A DNA stretch of 33,456 nucleotides from Blastocystis sp. subtype 4 (lineage: Eukaryota), in contig NW_014569541.1 of NCBI RefSeq assembly GCF_000743755.1, positions 62,001 through 95,456 on the forward strand, in the 5' to 3' direction. Shown here piece by piece: positions 1 through 12,100 of this stretch. Position 1 is the first letter of the stretch; each line of letters begins with the position of its first letter. Made by a program: the position numbers and the translations under genes. The notes below the pieces were generated by a model. It worked only from the letters and a program-made list of their open reading frames with translations. It was not told the DNA's origin and did no database searches.

Positions 1-2199
1 TGTGAAAAAACGAGTTTCATCATCATCCACAATATCACTTAAATCAATTTCACATCCTGATGTCACTGACAGTTGTATCTTCATATCTTCACATACAGCA
101 AGAAGTCGAGATTTGCATCGATCTCTCAACGACGACAAATCCAAATTGTCAACCCTTCTACATACCTCCTTTCGTATCTCAAGATCGATATCATATCCTC
201 CCAGTTTAGGATCACCGTCTGTATCAATCACTGAGAATTCGCCATTACCATCATAATTCAGTAATGACAGATCCAGGGTTCCTCCTCCAAAGTCAAATAC
301 GAGCATTTTATCATTCAAAGCCACTTCATTCTGGTGATCAAAACACCATGACATAGCTGCCGCTGTCGGCTCTATAATGATTGCTTTTACATCGAGTCCT
401 GCCATTCTAGCAGCTTCTTTAATTGCTCCTCGTTGATTCTCCTTATAATTGGCTGGAACTGTCACGAAGCAATCTGTTACTGGAGCATCATTACGAGCAT
501 CAGCATCAAATTTGATCTTACGGAAAAGTTCTGCTGCTACTTCAATAGGACTCACTTGACGACCATCACCCGACACGACAAATCGAGGATAACCATCAGC
601 TCCACGAACCACTTCACATCCAAAGATATCCTTTGTTTCCAGAGCATTGTACTGATCCCACGTGAGTCCAAGAATTCTTTTCACACAGGATACACTGTAT
701 GTGCTCCGTGCCTGTTGCCTTCTCTTCTTCACAACTGTTGCCGTTAATATTCGGTTTCCCAAATATTCAACCAATGAAGGGAATCCACAAAGACCTTGTT
801 CTGTATTATCACTAATTTGCTCTGCATTTCCATTCTTGAGTAGAAAGGCAACAGAGTTGGATGATCCAAAATCAATTGCAAGAATTGAACCACTCTTCTG
901 AGAACCATCATAATTTGATTCTACTGCTGAATACTGAATTGCTACTGGACTCTTAGATATCACCTTTCCATCCATCCACTCACCATCATAGATCACTTCT
1001 CCTTTCTCATTCATTTCCTTACCAATTCCATGTCTCATACCATTCTTCCATTCTCCAGTATACAAACAATAACCACAGAATTCACTTCCAAATCCATACC
1101 GAGTACCATTCTCCCAACTACCAACATACAATGCACTCTCTCCATCACTTCCATACTCTGTTCCTTCTCCATCTCTATAGCCGTTCCTCCAATCTCCCAA
1201 ATACAGTTTCTTTCCGTTATTTCCATACTCCGTTCCTTTTCCTCCTCGAACGAATCCTTTCACTATCTCCCCTTCAAATCCTCCTTCATATACTTTCATT
1301 CCATTATCATCATATTCAACCATCAAATCTTCTGTCCATTCTCTCAGTACTCGCATCACTCTTCCATTCTCATATACGCATTCTCGCTTCACCCTTCCTC
1401 TTTCGTACTCAAAGCATCTTCCATTCTTCAGTAATCCATATTCATCATATTCACTCACACTTAACACTTCCCCCCTCCTATTTATTTCTGAATAGAACCC
1501 TTTCATTCCTAGCATTCGAGGATAACGACTGAACCCATTCACCACATCTCCATACCACACTCCTTCATACGCCTTCTTTCCATTCCTAAGATACACTCTC
1601 ATTAATCGCCTGTCAGTAAACTCTCGAATTGTTCTCGTTTTTATTCCATTCTCATATTCACATTCACTCTTCACTCTTCCATTTTCATACTCAAAGCATC
1701 TTCCATGCCTTCTCCATTCAACATCAAATCCACTTATACTCAACAGTTCTCCATCACTGCGTATCTCTTCAAACATTCCATCCAGATCTCTACTCGCTAT
1801 AACTGTCGAATAACGCTTTCCGCTTCGATAAAATCCTCTCCATTTCTCTTTTCCAAAGTCATATTCAGTCCACATTCCAACTTCTCTTCCTCCCTCCAAT
1901 CTTCCTCTCAACACAATGCTTCCGTATCTGTCTGTTTTTATCACTTCTCCTTCACATTCATCATTCACAAACATTACTTGCATATACGGGGTTCCATCTT
2001 CCCTTTTAATTGAACCAACTCCTTCTTTCTTTCCATTAACTAGGTTAATAGTCATGGTATACCCCTTATATGGGACTGAAAATCGAACAATTGCCTCTCC
2101 ATTCCCTTTATCATCGGATTTTACAACTTCCACCTTCTCAATCTCATAATCACCAAGGAATGGGAAAGACGAAGAATTGATAACACTAACGTTTCCCAT
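1..2199 (-). CDS. MORN-repeat protein fused to an Hsp70-family nucleotide-binding domain (partial, runs off left edge)
   Basis: Manual translation from ATG at 2199 gives 733 codons with no stop (missing from the ORF track because it is open-ended). It begins MGNVSVINSS, then Gly/aromatic beta repeats and MORN repeats (YLGDWRNGYRDGEG, YVGSWENGTRYGFG, YTGEWKNGMRHGIG, YDGEWMDG; ~960-1300). From ~890 come Hsp70 motifs ILAIDFGSSNS, VKRILG, VTVPANYKENQRGAIKEAARMAGL, IIEPTAAA, LVFDFGGGTLDLSLL, GDPKLGGYDID. Confidence 0.88.
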   Translation of the reverse strand, partial: MGNVSVINSSSFPFLGDYEIEKVEVVKSDDKGNGEAIVRFSVPYKGYTMTINLVNGKKEGVGSIKREDGTPYMQVMFVNDECEGEVIKTDRYGSIVLRGRLEGGREVGMWTEYDFGKEKWRGFYRSGKRYSTVIASRDLDGMFEEIRSDGELLSISGFDVEWRRHGRCFEYENGRVKSECEYENGIKTRTIREFTDRRLMRVYLRNGKKAYEGVWYGDVVNGFSRYPRMLGMKGFYSEINRRGEVLSVSEYDEYGLLKNGRCFEYERGRVKRECVYENGRVMRVLREWTEDLMVEYDDNGMKVYEGGFEGEIVKGFVRGGKGTEYGNNGKKLYLGDWRNGYRDGEGTEYGSDGESALYVGSWENGTRYGFGSEFCGYCLYTGEWKNGMRHGIGKEMNEKGEVIYDGEWMDGKVISKSPVAIQYSAVESNYDGSQKSGSILAIDFGSSNSVAFLLKNGNAEQISDNTEQGLCGFPSLVEYLGNRILTATVVKKRRQQARSTYSVSCVKRILGLTWDQYNALETKDIFGCEVVRGADGYPRFVVSGDGRQVSPIEVAAELFRKIKFDADARNDAPVTDCFVTVPANYKENQRGAIKEAARMAGLDVKAIIIEPTAAAMSWCFDHQNEVALNDKMLVFDFGGGTLDLSLLNYDGNGEFSVIDTDGDPKLGGYDIDLEIRKEVCRRVDNLDLSSLRDRCKSRLLAVCEDMKIQLSVTSGCEIDLSDIVDDDETRFFT
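1406..1706 (-). repeat. Internal duplication in the MORN-like region (period 282 nt, 94 codons)
   Basis: Exact 19-mer TACTCAAAGCATCTTCCAT at 1406-1424 and 1688-1706; protein HGRCFEYENGRVKSECEYENG vs NGRCFEYERGRVKRECVYENG. Confidence 0.8.
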
Positions 2200-2980
2200 A
2201 TCTATATTTAAAAAGTATGTAGATCTTTTATAAGTCCCAAGTGTAGATACCAAGTCTGATGTCACTAGATATTGATATAAATAATGGAGAGGCTACCTAA
2301 ATGAATATGCGACTCAAAACTTGGTGGCAGAAACGATAATAAATGAGTGTTCACCTGGTTTGTTATGGTTTATAACGAAGACCTATTCAGTTTATTTCGA
2401 TTCGTACTCACAGCATGTATATTGTTATTTAGTACTCTCTATTCATTCTTATAAAGCACATATATCTGAATGGACTCCATTATGAGACATACGATGAATC
2501 TGCAATTGGGTGGGTAGAAAAGAGCAAGTTCAGAAGTTCTATTACTCTATTCGCCCACAATTCCTATTGCATTGTCTATGTCGGTACGAATTGCAACCAT
2601 AACATGGAATTACTTTGGCACATTATCCCATTCCTATAGTACTAATTATTTCCCAAATATAAGTGAACTACAGAGAAGGAAAAGACTACATACAATTAAA
2701 TGTCTACAGGATCAAGTGTTGCTTTCTATCCATTTTGCAGGGACTATCCAAGAATAAGACGTGCTGTCTCAAGTAGATATGAATCTACTAGGATAGTTTC
2801 TTTCCCCCTCATAAAATAGTTACGTCTGAAAATAATATACAACTACATTCTGTGAGCTTCGAAAGGAAGAGATAATACCACATCTGACCTGTCATAGGTA
2901 ATAACCTGAAGGATATAGAAAAGTTCCTATATAGTTTCGAATCATTTCGATACCATATTCCGCCGTGCTTAGATTATCAA

Positions 2981-5900
2981 ATGGATGGCAGTTACTATTA
3001 TTCCATAATTCGCGAATATCAGTATCGCTGATATTCACACTGTTGTAGCGAAGATTCTTCCCGTACTGCTTACCCGTTTTGAAGAAAAGTGGAACATTCA
3101 AATTCAAAACAGTCGAATACGGAAGAAGGAATATCAGTACCGGTGGGAGCAGCGACACCAAGTTCAGAATTTGTAAGTTTGGTGAAGCACTCAATCTCTT
3201 GCCAATGCGATTTCGGCAAGTGTGCTATTCCTGAATGTGCTATTCTTCAACGGATCATGGCATTTCTCTCTCCTGCCGTAGCGCAGAAACGAAATCGCAT
3301 TGACCAGCAAGTTTACGGCCGAAAACGAACTCGAGTGCAGGCGGTCTCGAAGAGGGGTCAGACACATGCCACCAAAGTTATTCATCGGACACATGTCCCT
3401 CCTCCCAAGGGCGAATTCATTCATAATCATGTAGAATATTCTATTAGTCGATCTGGTAATTACAGACCACTACTTTCAACCCTAACGAAAGTTGAACTGA
3501 ATCAATATATACAATACTTAAGGTCTCGAAGTATTCAAACGTACTACGGTCCTCTCCTTCAGTTGCTCATGCAACACAAGGATAATCATGGAATCTTCAA
3601 CACTCCTGTCAATCCAGAGACTCAGAACCTCCCAACTTATTATTCGATAGTTGAGCATCCAATGGATTTGGGAACGATTCGCGATAATCTGATGTGTGGA
3701 CGGTATCAATTCCCTCGTGATCTTATCTATGATATTCGATTGGTATTTCAAAATGCAAAGAAATTTAACCCTGAAACACACTTTGTGAATCAATGTGCCA
3801 CTCAGATGCTAAAGACTTTGGATGTTGAGTTAGAAAAAGTTCGTTCACGATACGAACAAAATCGGATAACACAGTACAATCACACTTGTAGCAGTTGTCG
3901 TGGATACCCTTGTCTGATCTGTGGTGAGAAGTGTTTGAAGTATTCACCTCCTGTGTATGTGTGTGACGGTGATTGTAGGGAGAGGATTCTTCGTAATACA
4001 ACGTACTATGTGATTCGTGGTAAGAAGGGAAGATACTGTCCAAAGTGTTATGCGAAGAAAGTAGTTGGAATGGATAAGACAGAGCGCAAGAATCTATTTG
4101 TTCGAAAGAAGAATGATGAGGTGTTTCCTGAGTCATGGGTACAGTGTTCTCGATGTCATGAGTGGATGCATTGTGTATGTGGTTTGATTCATCCACGTGA
4201 GGTTACCAGTTCGTATGTTTGTCCTCTTTGTCTGGCTGCTGATCCTCATCGTGTACCACGACCTGAACAGGGTTCTCCTGCAATTCATTCGTGTCCTCTG
4301 AGTGATTTCCTCACTGCTCAAATCAATCATTGTGTGGATGAAGAAATGAAGAAGCAACCACCACGAATGCGATTAACTGATGCTGCTCTTAACCAGTTGA
4401 AAGCTTCGTTGATTGTTCGAGTTGTGAGTAATATCACTTCCTCAGTTACTCTGAAGAAGCAGTTAGCTCCGTTGTTTACATCTGATTACAGTAATACTCT
4501 CTCAATTCCTTATCAAAGCAAATGTATTGCATTCTTCCAGCATCGTGATGGTGTGGATATTCTTCTCTTTGTGTTGTATGTGCATGAGTTCGGAGATCAG
4601 GTTATTCCTCCGAATCGTCGCTGTATTTACATCAGTTATCTTGACAGTGTTCATTTTCTTACACCTCGTTATCTCCGAACTCCTATCTATCATTGCATAC
4701 TCAATTCGTACCTTCAATATGCTAAGACGAATGGCTACTGTCGTGCTCACATCTGGGCTTGTCCTCCTTCTCGGGGAGACGATTATATCTTTTCCCATCA
4801 TCCCCGTGATCAACGTACACCGAATGCAGATCATTTGATTGGTTGGTATCGTAATCTTCTTGCTAAGGGTGTGGATTCGGGTGTAATCAGTCATGTAACC
4901 TGTCAATTAGACCAACTTCTTCATATGAACGCAGTATGGTCGAATAATGCGGAGTTAAATCAACGACAGATTCGTTGTTTCAGTGTACGGGGTCTCACAG
5001 AAGGGGAGTTACCTGAAGCAGTACTAGAACGCGTGCTCTCTACAACATCAACTGTTACTCAAGATGTCTCATCTGACTATGAGTCTGAGAATGAGAATCC
5101 AAGTGAATCTGAATTGTCATCTGACACATCCACAGTTTCCACGATTTCTACTTCCACTCCTCTTCCTCAATCAAGTGATATTTCTCCTCGACCAGCAGCA
5201 CGAGCAGTTCCATCTGGTTTTTTGACAGAATTAGAGCGAGCCCTCCTAACAACTGTTCCATACTTTGAAGGTGACTTCCTTCCGTACATTGGAGAGGATC
5301 TTCTTAAGGAGATCTATCAGGAGAGTCTCAAACCCAAACCCACTCGAAGTGTCAGTGCATTTGTAGTGAGTAATTCATAGGTCTTGTCTCATGTGTCTTC
5401 TGTCTCTTCCTCTTCTAAAAGCAAGGCAGAACTGCGTGAGCGATTGCTTCAGGAGAACATCCAGCAACTGCCTTCTGAGTTCCTTCGCAAATACGCCAAA
5501 TCGATGCTGGAGAATCCATCAAGGTTTATGATTGTGTACTTACGACCTTACTGTTCACGATGTGGAGAGATCATTGTAGGAGAGGGAGTACGGTGTGATG
5601 AATGCTTCCAGTCAAGAACTCCGTTCTTCTTGTGCTCGAAGTGTATGAGACGAGTATGAGTATCAAGAATTTCGTAATTACTAGACAGTGTATCACCCTC
5701 ATCCTCTTACTTCCATTACAATGCCTCCATTGGTCCCAGTAAGAGAGCGAGATCCTCGTATTTCGTATCCCTTTCTGGACAAGCGTCATGAGTTCTTACG
5801 GTTGTGCCAAGGAAACTTCCTCCAGTTTGATACGCTCCGGCAATCGGTTCTTTCAACTTCTCTCGTATTGGAATTCATTTTTCACAAGGTTCCTGATCCC

Positions 5901-6056
5901 TTTTTGGACATGTGTGATGCATGTGAGCGGGTGTTGTATGACGAGTATTATTCATGTGTGCATAATGATGACTATCGGTTGTGTAAAGAGTGTTTGAATA
6001 AGGATGGTGGGATCCATTCCAAGAATCATCTTGGGAAAGAAATCAAAGAGGAGTAG
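2981..6056 (+). CDS. CBP/p300-like (KAT3) histone acetyltransferase: partial TAZ-like motif, bromodomain, RING/PHD-like, HAT domain, two ZZ-like fingers
   Basis: Bromodomain (IFNTPVNP..LPTYYSIVEHPMDLGTI, VFQNAKKFN), PHD (WVQCSRCHEWMHCVC), HAT motifs YISYLDSVHF, HIWACPPSRGDDYIF..HP, LIGWY, PYFEGDF, and C-terminal FLRLCQGNFLQFDTLR. Introns at 5351-5380 (30 nt) and 5654-5684 (31 nt) join the three ORFs in frame. The 5' end is uncertain: an in-frame TGA at 3080 requires an upstream exon, and ATG 2981 plus two 27-nt introns (3022-3048, 3063-3089) is one in-frame solution. Confidence 0.9.
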
Positions 6057-6080
6057 TTGATGTCTTTTATATGGTTAAGG

Positions 6081-6088
6081 TGTTTGTT
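6081..6088 (+). terminator. TGTTTGTT polyadenylation motif (acetyltransferase gene)
   Basis: Exact motif starting 25 nt after the TAG ending at 6056. Confidence 0.8.
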
Positions 6089-6118
6089 TTTAAATTTTCT
6101 TTGGCAATCCTACATTTC

Positions 6119-7464
6119 ATGGACGAACAAGTAGAATTGCCCAAGTTCACGGAGGAGAAGCGGATCGATTCGCATCAAGTCATTATGGCAAAGTATTCGC
6201 ATGATGGCAAGGTCCTCGCTACTGTGAACGTTGATTATTCAATTTCGATCTGGGACAGTCATGATATTCTTGTGGACACATATGAGCTATCGTTCTTTCA
6301 TACTCGTGGAAATACGAGACAAAACTCCTATCATGCAATCTTCTTGGATTGGTCAGCTAGTAGTAAATACCTCTACTACATCGTAGACTGCAGTGGGTTT
6401 CTTATTGATATTTTTGGGTCCAAGAAGATCTGTCACAATTTTACGTATGTTCCTACTTGTCTGATGGATTATTGGTAGATTTGATCAAGTGTTAAACTCA
6501 TTCTCGTGCCATCCTTCCGAAGATCGGCTATGCATCGTGACTTGTCTCGATAGATTGATTGAATTAAATATTAAAACGGATTCACACACTCTCAAGATGT
6601 GTTACCGAGATCTCATCAAATTGGAAGCCACCAAGAAAGGAGTCATTCCGTCCTATGCCCAGTATACAGATATTGATGGGTTAATTCTTCTTTGGTTGAA
6701 TGGAAACATCTTCCTGATTAATGATCAGGGTCAGGTTGTTCGAAGTGTAGCGATGAAGCAATCACAACCTTTGCAGCATCGAATCCATATTGATACAGAA
6801 CGACGTATTTGTATTGTAGCGTGTCGGAATGAACTTTATACACTCTCGTTACCTGATTTGGAAGTAATTTCATCTTATCGAGATTCTGTGAACGATTCTC
6901 CATGGAGAGCTATTGATTACTTCCATAGTTGTCAAGTTATCTTAGCTATTCCAGAGAATTTTGTCTTGGATGGTCCTGTATTCTATCTGCTAACAGCTGA
7001 AGGAGAATTGGAAGTATCGATTTGTCGAGATCCTAAACAGAGGTTATTTTGGGGTGAAGTTCATCCTTCTGGGAGGAGTATTCTGTTCTGTTCTGAGCAA
7101 GGGGAATTGATTCTGTTTCGATTGGAGGAGAAGGGATTTCAGTGGCATGTGAGAATTCGTGTGTTTATTCATTTTTTAGGGACCTATGTATCCTTACAAT
7201 TTTACTTATCTAAAGAAAAATGAGATTGGACCATCGAGTGTTGATGATGGCTTTGAAGCACTGTATTTTCCCACAATTGGCCAAGATGGTTTGATTTGTG
7301 AACATTCTCATCCTATTGATATCAATGAAGGATTCAAAACACCTCCCACGCCTTTTCCTGTTGAATTAGTACCAGGACAAGAAGAGGATAAGCTGTTACA
7401 TAGTGATCATGTATTACCTCCTATGATGAGTGATTTGTATGGCACCCATTTCTATGTTAGTTGA
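6119..7464 (+). CDS. RBBP5: WD40 protein, probable divergent RBBP5/Swd1 (COMPASS H3K4 methyltransferase subunit)
   Basis: WD repeat (YSHDGKVLATVNVDYSISIWD). YRDSVNDSPW resembles RBBP5 LQDLVNRTPW, and WH-GPMYPYNFTYLKKNE..DDGFE resembles WSAFAPDFKELDENVEYEERESEFD (recalled from memory). In-frame introns at 6445-6478 and 7149-7179. The last codons are uncertain (possible extra intron 7456-7486). Confidence 0.65.
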
Positions 7465-7558
7465 AAACAAAGTGTGTTTTTCATAGATCATTGTATGATT
7501 CGATCCACGTATTAGATTTATACTGTTCTTCCATCATACAAGACCATTAATTGATCCC

Positions 7559-7566
7559 AACAAACA
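7559..7566 (-). terminator. TGTTTGTT polyadenylation motif (aminopeptidase gene)
   Basis: Exact motif 6 nt after the TGA, implying a 2-nt 3' UTR. Confidence 0.8.
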
Positions 7567-7572
7567 GAATGA

Positions 7573-9095
7573 TCAATACTCCTCACCCAATTTCATCATT
7601 GGTTCAATTCCACCCCACTCACGATAAAACACCTCCGCTAACTTCACTCCAGTCTCAATGTCCTTACTACCTCCCATCTCACGAATACTATGCATTGCTA
7701 GTTGTGGAATACCCAAATCTGCAGTTAAAATGCCCAATTGAGCCGAAATGTGCGGTCCTACCGTGGATCCTTCTCTCATATTTTGCTTCTTCACACTCAC
7801 TTGCAAAGGCAATTCATGTCTCTTACATAACAGTCGCATCACCGATGCTGATGGTGATGAAGTTGCCATATTTTGATTTGCAGCATAACTCATTGTCACT
7901 CCATGATTCACCATACAACGGTGTTGTGACTCATATTTATCAGCGTACTCAGGATTGTATGCATGAGCCACATCCTAGGTGTGATTCCTTCTCTTCATCA
8001 CTCACGTAAGAGAGTAAGAATGATTTTCGAATCGCTTGAGAGACATTATCCGACCCCGAAAGAGAAGTGATTAAACATGACAGACTGTTTCCTTCAGCTC
8101 CACAAAGTGAATTCGAACCAATCTCTTCATGATCGAAGAGAGCAAGGACTCTGATGATCATTCCTAGCACAATTCTAGTACCTCACCATGTGATCATCTT
8201 CCACAGGCTTCTCCAGAGAATGAATGAAACCAGTCAAACCACAATACGTCATCGACAAATTATCGATTTTCCCGCTAAATACGAATTCATTATGAAGACC
8301 ACCAAGAGTCGCTTGCTATGTGTTAGATTCCTTATCAAACAAGGATACATTCATATCATACAGATAGACATCCATATCGAGAATGTCTTTGGCCTCGACA
8401 CCGGCTTGTGCGCAGATCAACTCAACAAGTTCCTTGTGGTGATTCTTGTAAATAGGAACCGCTTTCTCCTCCTCCTTCAGCTTCTTCTTGTCATCTTCGT
8501 TCAGGTCTTCGGTATCCTTTAAACCGATAATCGGAACGAGCTGGGTTTCCTTATTAAATGTGATCTTGTCTCCAGTACGTTCCTTGTCATCTGAGAGATG
8601 AATGGCCAGAGAAGGGATAAAACACAGACTCTTGCGGATATCGAAGATCTTTGACTCAATATGACCATCTTGCTCGCACTATAGATGAAATAACGCCTCA
8701 ATAACCACAATCACACGTCCAGCAACCGCAAGATCACGATCAGCCCATGTATAGAACTTGCCACCTCCATAAACCTCAACTCCCATCATCATATGTCCAT
8801 CCTTCTCTTGCTTGGAAATGGGCTTCAGTTTGAGTGATGGAGAGTCTGTGTGGGCTGCAACAATTGCAAATCCATCTCCCTTCTTAAATTGAGGTCCAAC
8901 AGCAAATGCAAAAAGAGAAGTCTCATTTCGTGTGTAGAAGTATCTTCCATTAGGTCTCACTTTGCCTTCCCAGTTCTCCTTCTCACTAAGACGCGTAAAA
9001 CCGGCAGCAGACAATTGCTTGATACACTCGTTTACAACGTGGAATTGAGTAGGAGTCTTTCTCAAAAACTGAACAAAACCTTCAGCAGCAGACAT
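7573..9095 (-). CDS. DNPEP: Aspartyl aminopeptidase (peptidase family M18)
   Basis: Motifs AHTDSPSLKLKP, EVYGGG..TWADRDL, IPSLAIHL, SGKIDNL, LFDHEEIGS, DVAHAYNPEY, GSTVGP, QLAMHSIRE. Four introns of 27-33 nt restore a continuous frame. Confidence 0.95.
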
Positions 9096-9151
9096 AACGC
9101 AAATACAAAGAAGAAAATGGTCATTGAATCAAACCGGGAGTTTGGTTTCTC

Positions 9152-9159
9152 AACAAACA
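9152..9159 (-). terminator. TGTTTGTT polyadenylation motif (VPS13)
   Basis: Minus strand reads AAA TGA CT TGTTTGTT; the T of the TGA is at -5. Confidence 0.8.
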
Positions 9160-9161
9160 AG

Positions 9162-12100
9162 TCATTTCAATTCCCATATGGTATTCAGTGAATATGAATA
9201 TCTCCAGACTAGATATTAGAGCTCATTCAATACTTACCATAGTTATGATTCATCACTTCATTACGAATAATCTGTTCTACCTTGTCACATACCTGCTTCG
9301 CTGCATTTCCTTTCCCAATATACATAGATCGCTTCTCCAATCGACATCCGAATACTACTCCCATCGAAGTAGAAGCGTGATCAAACAGATCTACAGGAGG
9401 GAAGCAGATGAATTCGAGAGCGTAACGATTCTCTCCAAAACATACACTTTTCAGCGACACACAATCATCAAACACCACTTCACACATCACTTCAATTCGA
9501 TTCTGCCGTGTTCTTAACATAACCAAATAAGTTCGAGTAATCACTAAGCAAGCCTGAGAGATGGAATAAACAGCCAAACAGTCTTCATTCGCATACTTCC
9601 CGTCATTCACACACATCATCCATCCTCTCCCTCGACAATACACTGGATCGTATGGTAACAGAACTCCGTTGATGGTAAGATTTGGGGCACGTAAGCGAAG
9701 AGGTGAATAGGAACTACCTTCAAGAGATGATCGGAAGAATTGAAGATTGGTAAGAAGGTGTTGAAGAGGCCGAGTAACACGAGTTAATGAGTACATCAGA
9801 TAGAACAAGGAATGCTTGATCTGTTGAACCAACGGCCTAAACCCATACGAACTTCGTGATGATGCTAAGAACGGAGAGAAGGAAGACAAAGAACCATGCA
9901 GAAGATGTGACTGGACAGAAACGTGTGCTAAGGAGAGAATCATAGTAAGTGCTCCCAACCACGTAGTGATCACATTCAATGCTACAAGCGAGACATTTGT
10001 CAAATTCTGATCAATGTACCTAGTAATCGCTCTGCCTGTATGTTGCAACTGTGTCAGTAGATTCGACTGATGTGAACCATGAATCAAGTCGACTGCTAAT
10101 CGTTCCAGATTCTCCAGTAAATTCTGGAGGAAAACTGCAGGAGCTCCGATACAGCGAAGACTTAAGAGCAGAACTGGGATTTGAAGGAGGAGTGCTCGCT
10201 TATACGAATGGAACAAGAGATTTCGCATATACGACATCCGACGAGGGTATGTTTCAGCAATGGTTATTGGGTGCAACGACACACATAAGGAATCGAGAAA
10301 GAACAATGGACATGTTGAGATGTGTGGAGGTGTGAGAGACAGTGAAAGTGTAAGAGAAAGTGATGAAATATGAAGTCTTTGAACTCGAATATGTCTGGAT
10401 TCCTCATACAATTGACTTCGACTCTTCATCACATTCAATGCAGATGCACGTGGTTGACGTGGGTAATGATAATGAAATCGCTTGTTGGAGTAATCATGAA
10501 GTGATATAAGATAGTCGAAGATTGAAGCAAAATTATTGGGTCTGATCAGATCTCGATCAATTGTAGAAGGATGAATCGATTGAAACATTGTGATATGCTT
10601 GATAAGGCAATGTTCCAATACAAGGGTTATTGGAGCTACATCACATTCAATATTGGTAATAAATAAGCAATGACCGAAATCGGCACTATTTCCTTCACAC
10701 ATACTACAACGAATATTAAGACAATATTGAGTAGACTGTTGTTGTGTGGGGAAGGTTGGTTTCATTACTAGCATCACAGGATACTTTGCCTCCATCAATT
10801 GATTGCTCACCTCGAGACGATGAAGAGAGACCTGGACATCTGTTAACGCATTCCGACAAACACGTAAACACAACTGGGTTCCACTCAGACACATAAGATC
10901 ATATCCCCGTGCTGTAAGTAATGTTAAATGAATCGCGGGAATTTTCACTTCTAAACGAAGAGGTCGAGAAATGAGAGTTTCATTGGAGAGTGGAATTTGT
11001 GGATATCTGGATTCATCAACAGGGAGATACTTCAGATGAACGAACACAACAGACCGTAACACCTCGACACTAGCAGCTAACCGCTGGTCGTGATCCGAAT
11101 TAGGGACACGCAAATGAATACGTGTTCGTGAAGTTGAGCAATCCAATTTAAGATGACCTTGAAGAGTACTAGTCCCGCGGGAATATATTGGTAATACATC
11201 CACATCAAGAACATGACTCCAATCTTCATCAGCCCAAAAAAAGGATGAGGACGAATATGGCGCAATAAACCACACATCAGCTTGAGGGACTGCATATTGA
11301 CGAATTTGAAGTGGGTAAAGCGTTTGATTGGAAAAGATCACTGGTAAGTCAGTTCCTCCATATCTGGAATGATCAATAACTACGTCCAAAGAACCATTAT
11401 CACGGGAATTCACATGAACTAGCAAGAACTCCATACTATCTGATAGAGTGCGTAGATAGAGAGTCTTATCATGATTAGAACCACGTCGAATCTCATCAAG
11501 ATGAATGAGAGAAGAAGACCAAACTCCAGGTCCATTGAGTAAGCGAACTCGGAAAGCCTGCTTACATCCATGAATGAGAGAGAGAGGTAGAAGCTGGTTA
11601 ACTGGAAGAATGAAGGATTCACTATCTGGAGCTCCTTCTTGGTGGAGTTCAAGATGAAGAGAGGTATTGTTAAGAATCTGGATTCGGGGTGTAAGAAGGA
11701 GAACATGTGTCATTGGAATAGAATCAGGAGCTGGTAGCGAAGTAAGAAGAAGAGAGTGAGTATAACGAACAGATAGACCCAATCGCCAGCGATCTGTTAA
11801 TGTAACAACTCGGTTCTGATACGTTTGAATAAGAGAACGAAGTTGGATAGGAGGTGAGACATTAGTAGTGGGTGTGGAAATTGTTAAGAAACGATGCACA
11901 GAATCCAACAGAAGAAGTCGATTAGACTCTTGCTCAAAATGCTGATTGCAAACTTCAGTCTCTTTCTCTTTGCTGGTAAAGCAATGAAAGAGAAGAGGAA
12001 GAGTAGATTCGATCTGAAGCCAGAAAGGAACAAACACTTGAATGGTGATTCCTCCTCTGAACCATTCACAACGACATGTGAGGGAGAGAGGATTTGAATC

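Noticed and set aside
2..2149. Several Ser/Ile/Phe/His-rich plus-strand ORFs
   Set aside because: Antisense shadows of the purine-rich MORN/Hsp70 gene.
6033..6078. Hidden last intron making TAA 6076 (at -5 of the motif) the HAT stop
   Set aside because: It would need a non-canonical donor, and that frame has a TGA at 6058; TAG 6054-6056 is simpler.
8150..8710. Apparent in-frame stops and frameshifts suggesting pseudogenes or a variant genetic code (here and in most genes)
   Set aside because: Those I examined fall within ~30-nt GT-AG introns whose removal restores conserved proteins under the standard code.
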